In this document: positions 26,087-39,504 of the stretch, piece by piece | Layout of the letters: every line of letters starts with the position of its first letter | How positions within the stretch are numbered: the stretch's first letter is position 1 | DNA from: Octopus vulgaris | Lineage: Eukaryota | Direction: 5' to 3' | Length of the DNA stretch: 64,000 nucleotides | NCBI GenBank assembly: GCA_951406725.2 | Contig: OX597841.1 | Coordinates: 20,274,001 to 20,338,000 of the forward strand | Translations under genes and position numbers: made by a program | The notes under the pieces: generated by a model | Database searches by the model: none | The model's input: the letters and a program-made list of their open reading frames with translations, nothing else | Told to the model about the DNA's origin: nothing

Positions 26087-27184
26087 CTCTGTCACTAATA
26101 TATATCCTTAGCATTTAAACTAGTATCTCGTCCCCTTCCATATTCTATTTGCTTTATGATCGATGTTTGCAAGATCTGGCTTCCCACAGCTACCCTGCAA
26201 TGTCATTCTACAAATAAACAATCACATTGAAATCTTGAAGCCAAAAGGTAAGCCATAACCAATTCAAAACAATGTGCACAAACCTCACTCAAATTGCTTT
26301 CACGAATTCCCATGACACCCTGTCACCATCCAATTCCGTTATTATGCACTTGAGCCACAGTGATTCTTTCATTAGCTGATTCTGCACCTACAGATGCCAC
26401 CTCAATGGATGCATTGCAGTTACTCTCTTCATAGAACTTGGTGATCCTAACCATTGCTCTTCTAGCATTCCTTCACTTGGCATCAAAGTAAGAAGCACCA
26501 TTGGCTCAGTCGAGTTCTTCTGTTACCTCTTCACAATATCCCTGGCAGGGTGGCTGAATGGATGCTATGCCTATAACTATACCAGGCATATTCGTCACTC
26601 TGTGAGGTATTTTCAAATTACCTGAATGCCCGAGTGAATAAATAAGCATTACATTTGACAGAGTAATTTGATTACTAAAGGATTAAAGTATCTTGATTCT
26701 GGGCTCTGCTTGTTTGTTTGGCATACTTTGTTGGCAGTGTCTCTATACATAGCTTGCAGAAGAGAGATAAAGGAATAACCTTTGATTTAGGTCAAGAGAC
26801 TGTGAAGCGATGCAGATAATTTTCTATATATATATATATATATGTATATGCATATATATGTATAGAGAAGATTGTATGGTGCTTGTGTACAAAGTGCATT
26901 TGGTGAAGTGTATGCATCTATGAGTACCAAAACTTCTCTAACATTTTGAATCTTCATATGTTGCTAACTTTGCTAGTTTCTTTTCTTTTCTTTCTGTCTC
27001 TCATTCCAACATGTCTCATCATAACCTGTTATTTTCTTTTTCTTCTCTTCATCTGTTTTCTTTCCTCATTTTTTTCTGTAGATTAGTTTTAGGCTCAGAA
27101 CATCAAAAACGTCTTCCATTTTTCTTGAACATCAAACTAATGCATTTTGTTTGCTGTCTCTGTCTTTTGCTTTTTGCACAACTT

Positions 27185-27241
<57 letters not shown>

Positions 27242-28189
27242 CATTTAACATCGTTTTTCCATGCTGGCATGCGTTGGACAGGAGCTGGTAAGCCAGCAAG
27301 CTGCATCAGGCTCGTTTCTATGGCTGGATACCCTTCCTAATGCCAATCACTTTACAAAGTGCACTGGGTGCTTTATACATGGCACCAGCACCCTTGGGCT
27401 TGTAAGACCACTGAGAAGAAGAGGGGAACCAAGAGATTAGTATATGGGAAGGGGACGGAGGTAGCCCTTTTACTATTGAGGAGATACTTGGCTACCTCAG
27501 TAGGACGAGGAAAGAGAGAAAAATAGACAGTCAAAGAGTGTGAGAGAGCCTACCCACAGGGAACAGCACAAGGGGGGGGTAGTATAATTAGTACAAAGAG
27601 GATAGAAGAGGATGTTCCTTAGGAGTGTGAAGGGAGCTATTTAGAGATAGTAGAGATGCTTTCCAACCATATGGTCCTTACTGTTTGGCACCTTGGACAA
27701 GTGTCTTCTACTGTAGCCTCAGGCTGACCAAAGCCTTGTGAGTGGATTTGGTAGACGGAAACTGAAGGAAGCCTGTCTGTGTGTGTGTGTGTGTGTGTCC
27801 TGTCAACCAGTGTTAGTGTGTCCTGTCAACCAGTGTTAGTGTGTCTAGGTCCCTGTAACTTAATGGTTTGGCAAAAAAAAAAAGACAATAGAATAAGTAC
27901 TAGGCTTAAAAATAACTCCTGTGGTTGATTTGTTTGACTAAAAACCCTTCAAGGCAGTGCTCCAGCTTAGCCACAGTCAAATGACTGAAATGAATGCATA
28001 AAAGAAAATTAGCAAATGATGGTGAGAGGATTTGGAAGTAGCTAGGAATGGTTATTGTAGATATGTGAGGGCATGGGGGGGGGTGCTGGGGGGGGGGTGA
28101 GGAAGATGGGTTGTCTGACATAGGACAGATTTATGTGTGTGAAAGAGGGGGTGCATGGCTGTAAAGGATCTGCCTGTATGTATAGTTGG

Positions 28190-28880
28190 CCATGATTTCA
28201 CTTAGCTTCATGTGTCTTCTCAAGCAAATTTCCTAAAGTTTCGCTCCCTTGTCATCTGTTAAGTGAGGCTCAACATCTGAAGATCATTTCTCACCTCTTC
28301 CTCAGTTTACCCCTTCCACAGGTCCCCTCCTGTCCTCATCCATATGCATCACATAACCGGATCAGCAGTCTTCTCTCTCGCACATATCTGATGCCTCTTA
28401 TATTCAATTTTTTCTCCAATCGCACTCTGTCGTCCATGCGCACTGGCATTACCCATTCATACTGGCTTCATTTCTTTCAAGTCTTCACGTGTCTTCTGTA
28501 GCCACAGCCCATGTTCCACTGCCATATAGCATAGCTATACATAGAGAGGCATCAAACAGTGAGGCTTTTTTGTTTCTAACAAAGACTCTTGAACTTTGCT
28601 CAGCCTGTTCTTATTTGGGCAATTACACTTTCAGAATTCTGTCCTCCACCATTGCTAACTTGGTCATCTTGGAAATGGAAGATACCTACTACTTCAAAGG
28701 ATCCTTGTTGACACTTGAGGAAGTCTATTCTCTATACGTTCATGGTGTTTATTATACTCACACGTCCACCACACACAAAGATTATCTTCTTTATTAACCT
28801 TTGTAGGATACCAATTCCACTTATGTGTCCGTAGCTTACATTGTATTGAGTTCCTGTGAATTTGTGTTGGAACAAATTCT
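28190..28880 (-). mobile_element. Old RTE LINE fragment related to 6035-10612 (includes a decayed PHD-insert region); another old fragment lies at about 24550-24990
   Basis: Minus strand retains remnants of RNSIQC..KL.THK..IIFVCG, DQVS.GGG, LYGS.TWAV and LERNEASM. 24765-24790 on the minus strand reads VDSFCYLGD. Confidence 0.7.
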
Positions 28881-29717
28881 GTCTGGGGAGGGTCATTACA
28901 CCAATATCAATAACATGCAATATTATAACACACACACAGCAACCAATTCCAATCATTTATTATTAGCCAATTGGTTAAACTAACTAATCCAACTAACTAA
29001 TCAATCAGTTGTTTAACTTGTTGCTGATTAAACAGTGAATTTCATAAAAACTTTTTTGGTTAACAAAAGTTCTTTTGCTACCATTCACAACCATTTCAAT
29101 GACTCTCTCTCTCTCTTTCTCTCTCTCTCTCTTTCTCTCTCTCCCTTTCTCTCCCTCTCTTTCTCTCTCTCCCTTTCTCCCTCCCTCTCTCTCTCTCTCT
29201 CTTCCACTTTGCTATTGAGGCCATGTTTGCCTGTCTGAGACCTAGTTGCTTGCATGTGTGTGTATAGATGTGTATTGTTTAAAAGAAGAGGCAAGGGTGA
29301 GTGATAATGACTGACAGGTTTTTGTGTCTGTGTGATTTGTTGCACACACAAACCTGTCAGTCATCATCACCCTCACTTCCCCTCCTAAGCTACACACACA
29401 CACACATGCACACCATTTATATTCATTAAAAACAAAAACTGGAAAATTTGGTATATTTTTAATTTCATGTTACATGCATTTCATTATAGTATAAGATGGT
29501 TCGGTGCCAATTCTGGCACCAGGCGAACGATTTTGGAGCAGGATGTAAGTCAATTACATCGACCCCAGTATTCAACTGGTACTTATTTTATTGACCCTGG
29601 AAGGATGAAAGGCAAAGTCAACCTCAGCAGAATTTGAGCTCAGAATATAAAGATGGATGAAATACTTGTAAGCATTTTGTCTGGTAGGCTAACAATTCTA
29701 CCAGCTCACAGTCTTAT

Positions 29718-30280
29718 ATCATCATCATCATCATTTAACGTCCGTTTCCCATGCTAGCATGGGTTGGGCTATTTTGAGGGCTGGCAAACCAGAAGGCTGC
29801 ACCAGGCTCCAATCTTGATCTGGCAGAGTTTCTACAGCTGGATGCCCTTCCTAACGCCAACGACTCTGAGAGTGTAGTGGATGCTTTTACGTGTCACTGG
29901 CACAGGGGCCAGTCAGGCGGTACTGGTAACGACCTCGCTCAAATCTTTTTACACATGCCACTGGCACAGTTGCCAGTAAGGCGACGCTGGTAACGATCCT
30001 GCTCGAATGGTGCCCTTTTACGTACCACCGGCACGGAAGCCAGTTGGCTGATCTGGCAACGATCCCGCTCGGATGGTGCTCTTGGCACCCTACTAGCATG
30101 GGCACAAATGCTAGTAAGGCGACGCTGGTAACGATCACACTCGAATGGTGCCTTTTATGTGCCACTGGCACGGAAGCCGATTAGCCGCTCTGTCAACAAT
30201 CATGCTCATATGGTGCTCTTTGCACCCCGCTAGCACGGATGCCAGTCATCGAATGTGATTTTCATTTCATTTGCCTCAAC
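29718..30280 (-). mobile_element. RTE 3'-UTR/tail-only copy with diverged ~65-bp tandem units (a shorter copy lies at about 30560-30875)
   Basis: (CAT)n-ttaacgtccg..ccatgctagcatggg..ctggatgcccttcctaacgccaac followed by gtgccactggcac-type units, as in the RTE 3' UTR. Confidence 0.8.
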
Positions 30281-30875
30281 ATATGAATATAATTATAATT
30301 ATAAAAAGAATAATAATAATAATCCTTTCTACTATAGGCACAAGGCCTGAAATTTTGTGGGAGGGGAACAGTTGGTTACACTGACCCCAGTGTTTCACTG
30401 ATATTTAATCTATCAACCCTGAAAGGATGAAAAGCAAGGTTGACCCTGGGGGCATTTGAACTCAGAATGTAAAGACAGGCAAAATACTGCTTAAGCAGTT
30501 TGTCCAGTATGTTAGCGATCCTGCCAGCTCAATTATGATGATGATGATGATGATAATCATCATCATCATCATCATCGTTTAGCGTCCGCTTTCCATGCTA
30601 GCATGGGTTGGACGGGTCAACTAGGGTCTGTGAAGCTGGAAGGCTTCGTCAGGCCCAGTCAGATCTGGCAGTGTTTCTACGGCTGGATGCCCTTCCTAAC
30701 GCCAACCACTCCGCGAGTGTAGTGGGGGTTTTTTTACGTGCCACCTGCACAGGTGCCAGACAGAGCTGGCGAACGGCCACGAACGGCCACGAACGGATGG
30801 TGCTTTTACATGTCACCAGCACGGGGCCAGCCGAGGCTGGCAACGGACGCGAACGGATGGTGCTTTTACGTGTCA

Positions 30876-31224
30876 ATAATAATAATGGTATAAAGACTGC
30901 CTTTGATCATGAAGGACCATGGGATTGCACCTGGAAAGTCACCCTCTGAGCCACAAGTCCAGGCAAGGTTGTTTCATGGAAGACCAGCAGCCACCCATGC
31001 ATACCATCTTCCCCTCTCCACACCATTGATGTTATCCAAGGGGAAGGCAAAGGGGCCAATACAGCATGGCCCTAGTGATGTTGCAATTTATTTCTACAGT
31101 TGAGTGAACTGGAGCAATGTGAAATAAAGTGTCTTGCTCAAGAACACAACACACAGCCCAGTTCAGGAATTGAACTCACTACCTCATGATTGTGAGCCTG
31201 GAGCTCTGACCACTGAGCCATGCA
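30876..31224 (-). mobile_element. tRNA-derived CORE-like SINE, family 3
   Basis: Minus-strand head TGGCTCAGTGG..GAGTTCAATTCC, then gtgttgtgttcttgagcaagacacttt, and an (ATT)n tail. Confidence 0.7.
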
Positions 31225-31420
31225 CTTTCACATATATAGAACATCTGTATGGGATCTCTTATCTGCAATTCCTCAAAGTTTCAAAAATGATTACTGGAAT
31301 GTGTAGAGGTACTTCATGATGACATAGCTTAGATCATAGCCCCTGCTATTTGCTAATCATTTATATACATGTATGAAGATGTGTATTTGGTGCATATAAA
31401 AATGTTTGGATGTGTATGTA

Positions 31421-31638
31421 TGAGAGGCTGGGGCTGAAAAGTCCCTGGTTTTGGGTAAAACAAAATACAGGAGGATCAGTTATGTTTTTTTTACGACACA
31501 TTCCCCTCTCAGATTCACATAGTTATTGCAGCGGTCCTTCAGTTTTTCTAAGCCCTGTAAAAAGACCTCAGAACGTTGGGTCCCTAATCAGGCCTTTTGC
31601 AATACTCTTAGAGCCAGGAACTTTTCAGCACCCCTTCA
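31421..31638. mobile_element. Mariner-type MITE
   Basis: TA|tgag..ggggctgaaaagtccctgg ... ccaggaacttttcagcaccccttca|TA: inverted ends with a TA duplication. Confidence 0.7.
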
Positions 31639-31757
31639 TATATGTCTGTAGGAAATGAATATAAATTGAAATAAACTTACATAAAAATATACTTATTTTT
31701 AATTATATATTAGATAAGTTTGTGAATGGACCTCTGCAATTATGTTATATATATACA

Positions 31758-32249
31758 CTAGCAGTATCGCCCGGCGTTGCTCGGGTTTGTAAGGGAAATA
31801 ACTATATAAGCATTTTTAGAGAGTTACTTCCCTTATAGATTGGGGCTTTCTTAGCCATTTCTGTTTTGGTGTCTTCAAGCCATGAAGTCGTTGTTCTAAA
31901 AGAACGCTGGTCTCCTTGACAACGCATTACGACGTTGATTTCCTTACACTCCCTTCCCCACAGCTTCACGAGGGAGAAGCAAACAGGTGCAGGGTGACCA
32001 TGGACGCCAACTCCGCCGCCATCGACACACGAAAAATTATGCATTAAAATGGAATAAAAAATGATGTTAAATTATTTTAAAAATCGTAGACTCATCGTAG
32101 ACGCGTGTTAATACTCAGACGGGCTTGATATGAATTACGACTATAAGATACCCGAATTTGGTTAAACTGCACCGCAAAATGTGGGAGTAGTTAGGAATCT
32201 AAATCGAAGGGGACAGACACTCACACAACTACAGTTATATATATATAGA
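31758..32249 (-). mobile_element. Non-autonomous Helitron
   Basis: Minus strand has 5' A|TC, a subterminal hairpin CCCGAGCAACGCCGGG, and 3' CTAG|T. Confidence 0.85.
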
Positions 32250-32530
32250 TATATATATTAGTAAAAAATGGTAAGACAACAAAAGAAAGAAAGAGACCTC
32301 GATATTATGGAAATAGAGGAATTTATCTGTAAATATAATTATTTGGTGGCCATGATAAAACTCCAAGTTTCGGATGTCGGGGTGGGAGTTACTATACATA
32401 AATGTCTCACGCTAGGAGGGACTCTTAAAGTCAAAACTACCATACTAAACACATTTTACTGAATGCAACTCTCAAAGCGAGCTCCTTAAAAACAGATAAT
32501 TAGTGCACAAAATGCACTTTTTAATCGTCA

Positions 32531-32603
<73 letters not shown>

Positions 32604-32982
32604 CATGACTGTGTGGGGAAGAAGCTCACATTGCAATCATGTGGATTCAGTCTCATTGCACTGGGAGTGAATTTGGTAGAAGAAAATTAAGCTCATTGTG
32701 TGTGTGTGTGTGTGTGTGGTTTGTTTACATCCTTGGACCTTAGTAGTTCAGCAAAAGAAACCAAAGGAATAAGTACCAGACTTAGTACAGAAGTTGATTT
32801 GTTCAATTAATCCCTCCAAAGCAGTGCTCCAGAATGACCGCAGTCCTTTGGCTGAAACCAGAAAAAATATATTAGCTTGTATATAATATAAATTTAAATA
32901 TGATATATTGACTCAAAATTGTAGATATAAAGTTATGCAATTTTCTATTTGTGTTGTTTGTGCATACAACACACACACACAC

Positions 32983-33037
<55 letters not shown>

Positions 33038-35444
33038 CACTGACTTTTTAGGCAGTGAATAAATTATTTGTTTAGTGTTATTCTATGTTTGATGCAGAAA
33101 GTCACTGACTATTCACGCTTGCAGCAATGTCCATTCTTTTAATAGCCACTGGCTGCAGCATCAGCAGAGAAAGCATCACCACCATCATCATTATCATCTA
33201 TAGAAGCATGTGTAGTAGCATCTTCTCACTTGTCTGCACTTCTTCTTCATCATTTACTTCATTCATGATTTGCTGGGAATTTCTGTTTGATTGCTTGATT
33301 TGCTAAAAATTGCAAAGAAATCTCCCTCAAATTTTTATTGAGGAAGAAAATAGGACACACAGACTATCCTGTCTGTGTGCTGGATCAAAGGCTAACCTAG
33401 GGTTAAACATAAACATTGGAAAGACTCCAACTTCCCGGGAGACCAGAAAATGGATCTCAAATTAATTTTTGGCCTTGTTAGATATAGCAACCAAACCTTC
33501 CTCCAATCAGACCACATCCATCTTTGGCTACCATAGTTTGTGATACTTTTAAGATTGGATGCTCATGGATGGTATGTGTTTAAATATAGATTTGCTCCAT
33601 CAATGTTGAGTTGGAGGTTAAACCACAATACCACTGAATGGTAATTGTTTAATAGCCCTGATTCAGCTGACCCCTGATCAAAGGCTGTTCTGGCCTTGAT
33701 CACCTCATTTTATATTTAGACATTATTTGCTGAAGCCCTTCACTCCCTTTGGAGCATAAGCTCTCTTTTCAACTGTTCTCCTCCTGTTCTTGATTCTGGC
33801 TTGTCTTTTCTGCTTCTCCCCAGTAGATCCCTACTTTTTCACCTCAGTATTTTGCCTCCAACTATTTTCACAGCATATGTTTCCTTGAGGGAAGGCCTTC
33901 CACGCTCATGTCTCATTGGTTTCGAATTGTTACCAATACCTCTGTGACCTTGTCTTTTATCTAGGTAGGAGTATTGGCCTTACATAAACCTATTTCTACC
34001 TCTGAGAAGAGGTGTTCCATATTAATTTGGCCTCTGTTCTTTGACCTGTTCAGCATAGCAGCCCCTAATCAGGACCTTGTGCCCCACTGGCATAGGCCTC
34101 AGAATTATTGAGGCACTCAAGTCACTACATCACAACAAGGATTGAACCTTGCAGCAGATAATGTAACTAGGATTACATTATTTAATGTTCTTGTCTTGTC
34201 CCACGTTCACCCTGATCCAACTGACGACATTTGATCAAAGATGTTCCATGACAGTCCATCATTTTTTCAGTCCATTGTGTATCTAGGACTACATGATCTT
34301 ATGTGTCCTTTGTTGTTGCTTTGCCCCAAATCAGTCCTGATCCAGCTTGCTTAGGATCAGAAATGCTCCAACTGCACCATCTATTATTTAGACCAACTGC
34401 ATCTTGGTCTACTGTTATCTAGTGTGACTCTGTCATGGTTGTTTAACCGCCCCCCCATGTAATCCCTAATCCATCAGATTTATTTTAATCAAAGGTGTTC
34501 CAGTCATGACCCTCTCGGATTCCATTATCTGTATCCTTTCTTGTTGTTTAGGCTTGGGTCATCTCTGATCCAGCATGTCTGGTCAGTCTTGGCCATCAGA
34601 TCATAGATTCAGACCTTTGTAGTATATTTCGGACTTTGCTACTCAATCTATTTTTCTTTTAAACAGTAGAATATGAAGTTGTGTAGTAGCCATTATACCA
34701 TCATTATCATAATCAGTTATGGTAGTAATTGTAGCAGCATCTCTTCAAATCCATCCAGGCACTGAACTGCCCAAAGTGATGTGTTGCAGATCGAGAAGTC
34801 CTCATTCCCCATCTCCTCTCTTTCTCTCCTACATGTGTGCATGAGGATAGATTAATTATAAGCTTGCTATGGGTTATTCAATGTGTGTGCTACTATGTAT
34901 GTTAAGTATGCCCATTGTATGTATGTTAATGTGCAGACTAACGTGTTCATTCCATGGGTGTGTGTGTGTATAATATATGTATGTGTGTGTGTGTGTGTGT
35001 GTGTGTGAATGTGTGTGTGTGTCTGCTGATATGTTAGTGTACTGATGGGATGGATGTATGTTAATGTGTGGCTCTGTCTGCTTGCGTATGCATGATGTGT
35101 GCACATTATGCGTGCAAGCATGTGTTTGCATCTTTATAAATGTATACTCATTGTTACTATATATGTATTTCTTCATGTGTTTTTTACTTCTCTCCCCCCC
35201 TTTGCTCTCACACTACTCCCCTCATTATTCCCCCTAATTTCTCTTTCTCTCACTCTCCCCACCCTTTGTTCTTCTATAATCAATTGTTACCATGGTGATT
35301 TTGTCTTCCATTCTCCAATCAATTAACCAATGATGTGAAAGTCTACACAGTTCTAAAAAAAACTGATGTCCTGAGTTCCCTTCTCTCTTTTATTCCTTTC
35401 ATCTCACTTGCTCATCCACTCCCTCTCTCTCCCTTCTTCCTGTA

Positions 35445-35482
<38 letters not shown>

Positions 35483-35702
35483 ACTTTATTCTTTCTTTCT
35501 AAACATTGTTTCATTTAATTGCTTTCTGGTATCATCTCTTGCTCCTTCTCTCACTCTGCGTTTTCCTCTCTCTCTCTCTGCCCCACTTTTTCTCAGCTTT
35601 TTGTTATGAAGGCCCATGGCGAGTTTGTTGGTGTGTTTAGACTGAGCTTTAAAGGTCATTGTTACAGTAAGCCAAGTATTGGAAAAGACACTTGAACCGA
35701 GT

Positions 35703-35790
<88 letters not shown>

Positions 35791-36199
35791 ACATTATATA
35801 TCTTAATGTGTATATAATGATGCATGTAATTGGCTCCACAGTTAAGGAGTTTGCTTTGTAATCCTGTACCAACAAGTTTGATCACTCTGTCTTTGCTTTG
35901 GACAGGCAAATTTTGGTGAGAAGCAAAAGCCATTAGTGTATTACATAGTGAGCAATAAGCATCAATGTTTTGAGCCATAAACTCTTTGTTATGAAGGAAA
36001 ACGGTTGGTAAATATTGGAATGGAAGTGTGTAGTTGTGTGTGTGTGTGTGTGATTTCTGGCTGAGAATGTAATGAGCTGTGAATAATTGTAGATCATATG
36101 TGAAAAAGAAAAAAAAAAGGGAGTTGACCATGGTGACAGGCAGAGTTAATAATAAGAATGCATAAAAGAGTGAGTAAAAGAATAGTGGAAGGAAACGGG

Positions 36200-36460
36200 G
36201 GGGGGGACTCAGACAAAAGTCAATTCCAGCTGGAAGAGTTCTTCTCAACTGGAAGATTAATCTTTGTTCCTTGAGGAGTCGGGTGGTAGATGGGCAATGG
36301 TGCTGGAGAATACCACCAAAGACATCAAATGAAGGGATCACGGTTGTTTAGGGGATGGGCCTTTGTGATGCATTACTGTGGCATCCTCCTACATCATACA
36401 TTCAGCAACTTCTCTATGAATTGATCTGTTAAACTTCAACAAGTCTCAAACTGTATTTAT
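36200..36460 (-). mobile_element. Penelope-like element fragment (GIY-YIG C-terminus)
   Basis: Translation ...STTRLLKEQRLIFQLRRTLPAGI resembles the PLE C-terminal R..EQRLIF.LGTL.P.GLN motif. Confidence 0.55.
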
Positions 36461-37921
36461 CAACATCCAAGTCAATGTAGAATTTAGTCTAAACATTCGG
36501 ACATCCTTATCTTTCCAAATCCTGCTGTTTTTCATTTGGAATTTTTGCTCTGCCAAAGTTGTCTTGGAGTATACATCAACCTACCTTTTCTGGCTGTAAA
36601 TTTTGTTCTATAAAATTCAACTGGTTTCCTGGAAAATGAAGTATTTTACAACAAAAACTGACCAAGAAAGACATATGAAACATAGGCGAAATACTGTACT
36701 TTTCTGACATACAAGTTGATGTAGTATAAACATGTAGTATAAACATGTAGTATAAACATGTAGTGTAAACATTCAAGCAACATCACCATCTTTTCAAATT
36801 CTGCTGCATTTCGTACAGGATTTTTGCTCTGCCAAAGCCACTTTGGTGTATAAATCAATCTACCTTTTTGCTTTGGCTGTAAATTTTGGCATGGCTGTAT
36901 AATAAGAAACTTGCTTCCCAACCACATGGTTCCAGGTTCAAGTCCTACTGAGTGGCCCTTGGGCAAATGTCTTCTACTATATCCTCAAGCTGACCAAAGT
37001 CTTGTGAAGGGATTTGGTTGATGAAAACTGAGAGAAGCCTATCATATATGTGTGTGTTTGTGTTTGTCCCCCACCACTGCTTGACAATGGGTGTTGGTGC
37101 ATTTATGTCCCCCCGTAACCTAGTGCTTCATCAAAGGAGACCAATAGAATAAGTACCAGGCTTAACAAAAATTAAGAACTGGATTCAATTCATTTGACTA
37201 AAAAAAAAATATCCCTTAAGGCAGTGCCACAGCATGGCCACACTCTAATAACTGAAACCAGTAAAAAAGTAAAAGATGCATCCTGCAAAGTATGGTCCAT
37301 ATTGGACACTGCAATATGGACCATACTCTGTGGTTCCCATGGTTTGTGTTCAAATACTCCTGAGGTCAGATTTGTTTCCAATCTTTTGAAATTGATAAAA
37401 TACCAGTGCTGCACTGGGGTAAATTCTTATCTTTCTTTCTTGAATCTGGAACCATGTTATTGGGAATGAGACTGCTTACCACACAGCCACGCCTCTGCCT
37501 AATATACATGCCTCTACATATTTTGTTGAACTACACCCACCACCATCACCACCACCCTGGCTGCTACCACATCATATGCATACTTTATCTCTCTTAATTC
37601 AGAGAGCTTGTGTAATTACCATAACTACTACTACTACTACTACTACTATTTCCTCCACCACCACTACTGTTTTCACTGCTATGACAACCACCACAACTGG
37701 CTTCACCACCACCACCACCACCACTACGTGACTCTTACAGTTGATGGCAGCACAATGTCTCCTACTGACTTACTAAGATGTGTGTGTGTGTGTGTGTGCA
37801 TGTGCATGCTTGTGTGAGTGTGATCGTATACAACTTTGACAGTTGCTAGGGAAAAAAAGCAGATTGACAACCGATCGAGTATATCATTGACTAAGCTGCA
37901 ACAGCTTCATCATTGTATGTT

Positions 37922-37952
<31 letters not shown>

Positions 37953-38099
37953 TTATTCATGCGTCTCTTAAACAGGGATTGCATTTCCAATCCATGGTCT
38001 CCTTTTAATCCGTCTCTTTTGGTCAACTGTATTCATCAGTTAATTGTGAATAATGAACTGAAAGCCGCAACTCAATGACTCTTGCAATATAATCGGTTT

Positions 38100-38218
38100 C
38101 CTTTATGCAGATCGTGTTCAATGTACCAATTCTCATTTGACCACCAAAGTTAAGCAATGTTGAGTTTCGTAAGTACTTAGATGGGTGATCACTTAGGAAA
38201 CCCAGGTACTGTAAGCAT
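38100..38218 (+). pseudogene. 5S rRNA pseudogene
   Basis: ...accaattctcatttgaccaccaaagttaagcaatgttgag...agtacttagatgggtgatcacttaggaaacccaggtactgtaagc aligns over about 120 nt with metazoan 5S rRNA (AAGTTAAGC box A, AGTACTTGGATGGGTGAC box C). Differences are mostly CpG decay. Confidence 0.85.
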
Positions 38219-38229
38219 CTCACACTATA

Positions 38230-38600
38230 GGCGCAGGCGTGGGTGTGGGGTAAGAAGCTTGCTTCCAAGCCACATGGTTCTGGGTTCAGTCCCACTGCGT
38301 GACACCTTGGGCAAATGTCTTCTACTACAGCCTTAGGCCAATCAAAGCCTTGTGAGTGGATTTGGTAGATAGAAACTGAAAGAAGCCCATTGTGTGTGTA
38401 TCTGTATCTCCCCCACCCGCCCACCACCGTTGCTTGACAACTGGTGGTTTGTGTCCCTGTAACTTAGCAGTTCGGCACAAGAGACTGATAGAGTAAGTAC
38501 TAGGCTTACAGAGAATAAGTCCTGGGGTTGATTTCTTCAACTAAAACCCTTCAAGGTGGTGCTCCAGCATGGCCGCAGCCCAATGACCGAAACAAATGAA
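38230..38600 (+). mobile_element. SINE family 1 copy directly downstream of the 5S pseudogene
   Basis: Full head, core and tail ggtggtgctccagcatggccgcagcccaatgaccgaaac. Confidence 0.85.
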
Positions 38601-38907
38601 GGAATAAACCTGTACCAGGCTCTGATTATATTGAGCACTTTTATTCTTTTTACTTTATAAAATAAAGACCTTTACCTTTTACTTGTTTCATTCATAAGAC
38701 CTTGAAGGGTTTAACTGGTCAGCTTAAGGCTATAATAGAGTGTCATACAGTGGGACTGAACCTGAAACCATGCTATTGCAAAGTGAGCTTCTTAACCACA
38801 TGGACTTGCCCATGCCTAGCATCAAACAGTTATTGTTATCGAAATCAGTGGATGCTGAGCAGGTTCAAGATGCTGTTAACGACCTGTTATTATTATTTAA
38901 GAGTGAC

Positions 38908-39110
38908 AAACTGGCAGAATCGTTAGCACGCTGACCAGTATTTCACCTGTTGCTAATGTTTGGAGTTCAAATTCCACCAAGGTTGACTTTGCCTTTCATC
39001 GTTTCAGGGTTGATAAATTAAGTACCAGTTGCATACTGGGGTCAATATGATCGACTGGTCCCCTTCCCTCAAATTTCAGGCTTTGTGCCTTTAGTAGAAA
39101 GGATTATTTA
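38908..39110 (+). mobile_element. SINE family 2 (central GCCTTTCATCCTTTCGGGGTCGATAAA..AGTACCAG domain)
   Basis: Head ctggcagaatcgttagcac..gagttcaaattcc, the conserved central domain and an (ATT)n tail. Other copies lie at about 1240-1420(-), 2345-2530(-), 29520-29710(-), 30320-30530(-), 40235-40410(+) and 60510-61285(+). Confidence 0.8.
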
Positions 39111-39504
39111 AGAGGCTCCTGTGTCCCAGGATGATCCCAATAAGTATGTTGTAACTATTTCGGTCTTCATACCAGCTTATGATCTCAGACCAAAAACTAT
39201 TTACTAAACAGTGAACTGGTAGAATCAGTAGAGCATCCATGGAAATGCTTTTATGATCAGAGTTCAAGTTCTGCTGAGGTAAGCTTTTAAGGCTTAGGTT
39301 TAACTGTGAGGTTTTTATCCTCACTTAGCAACTACATCATTGTAGGTTCAATCCCACTGTGCAACACCTTGGCCAAATGTCTTCTGCTGTAGTCTAGAAC
39401 TGTGATTCACTGAAAGACACCAAAAGAATAAGTGCCAGATTTAAAAAAAAAAAAAAATGAAGAAAAAACAAGTTTTGGGGTGATTTGTTTTTCAATTTTT
39501 TCAT

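Noticed and set aside
35284-35298. RFX X-box-like GTTACCATGGTGAT (and GTTGCTAGGGAA near 37842)
   Set aside because: Imperfect short matches that are expected by chance in 64 kb, with no supporting evidence.
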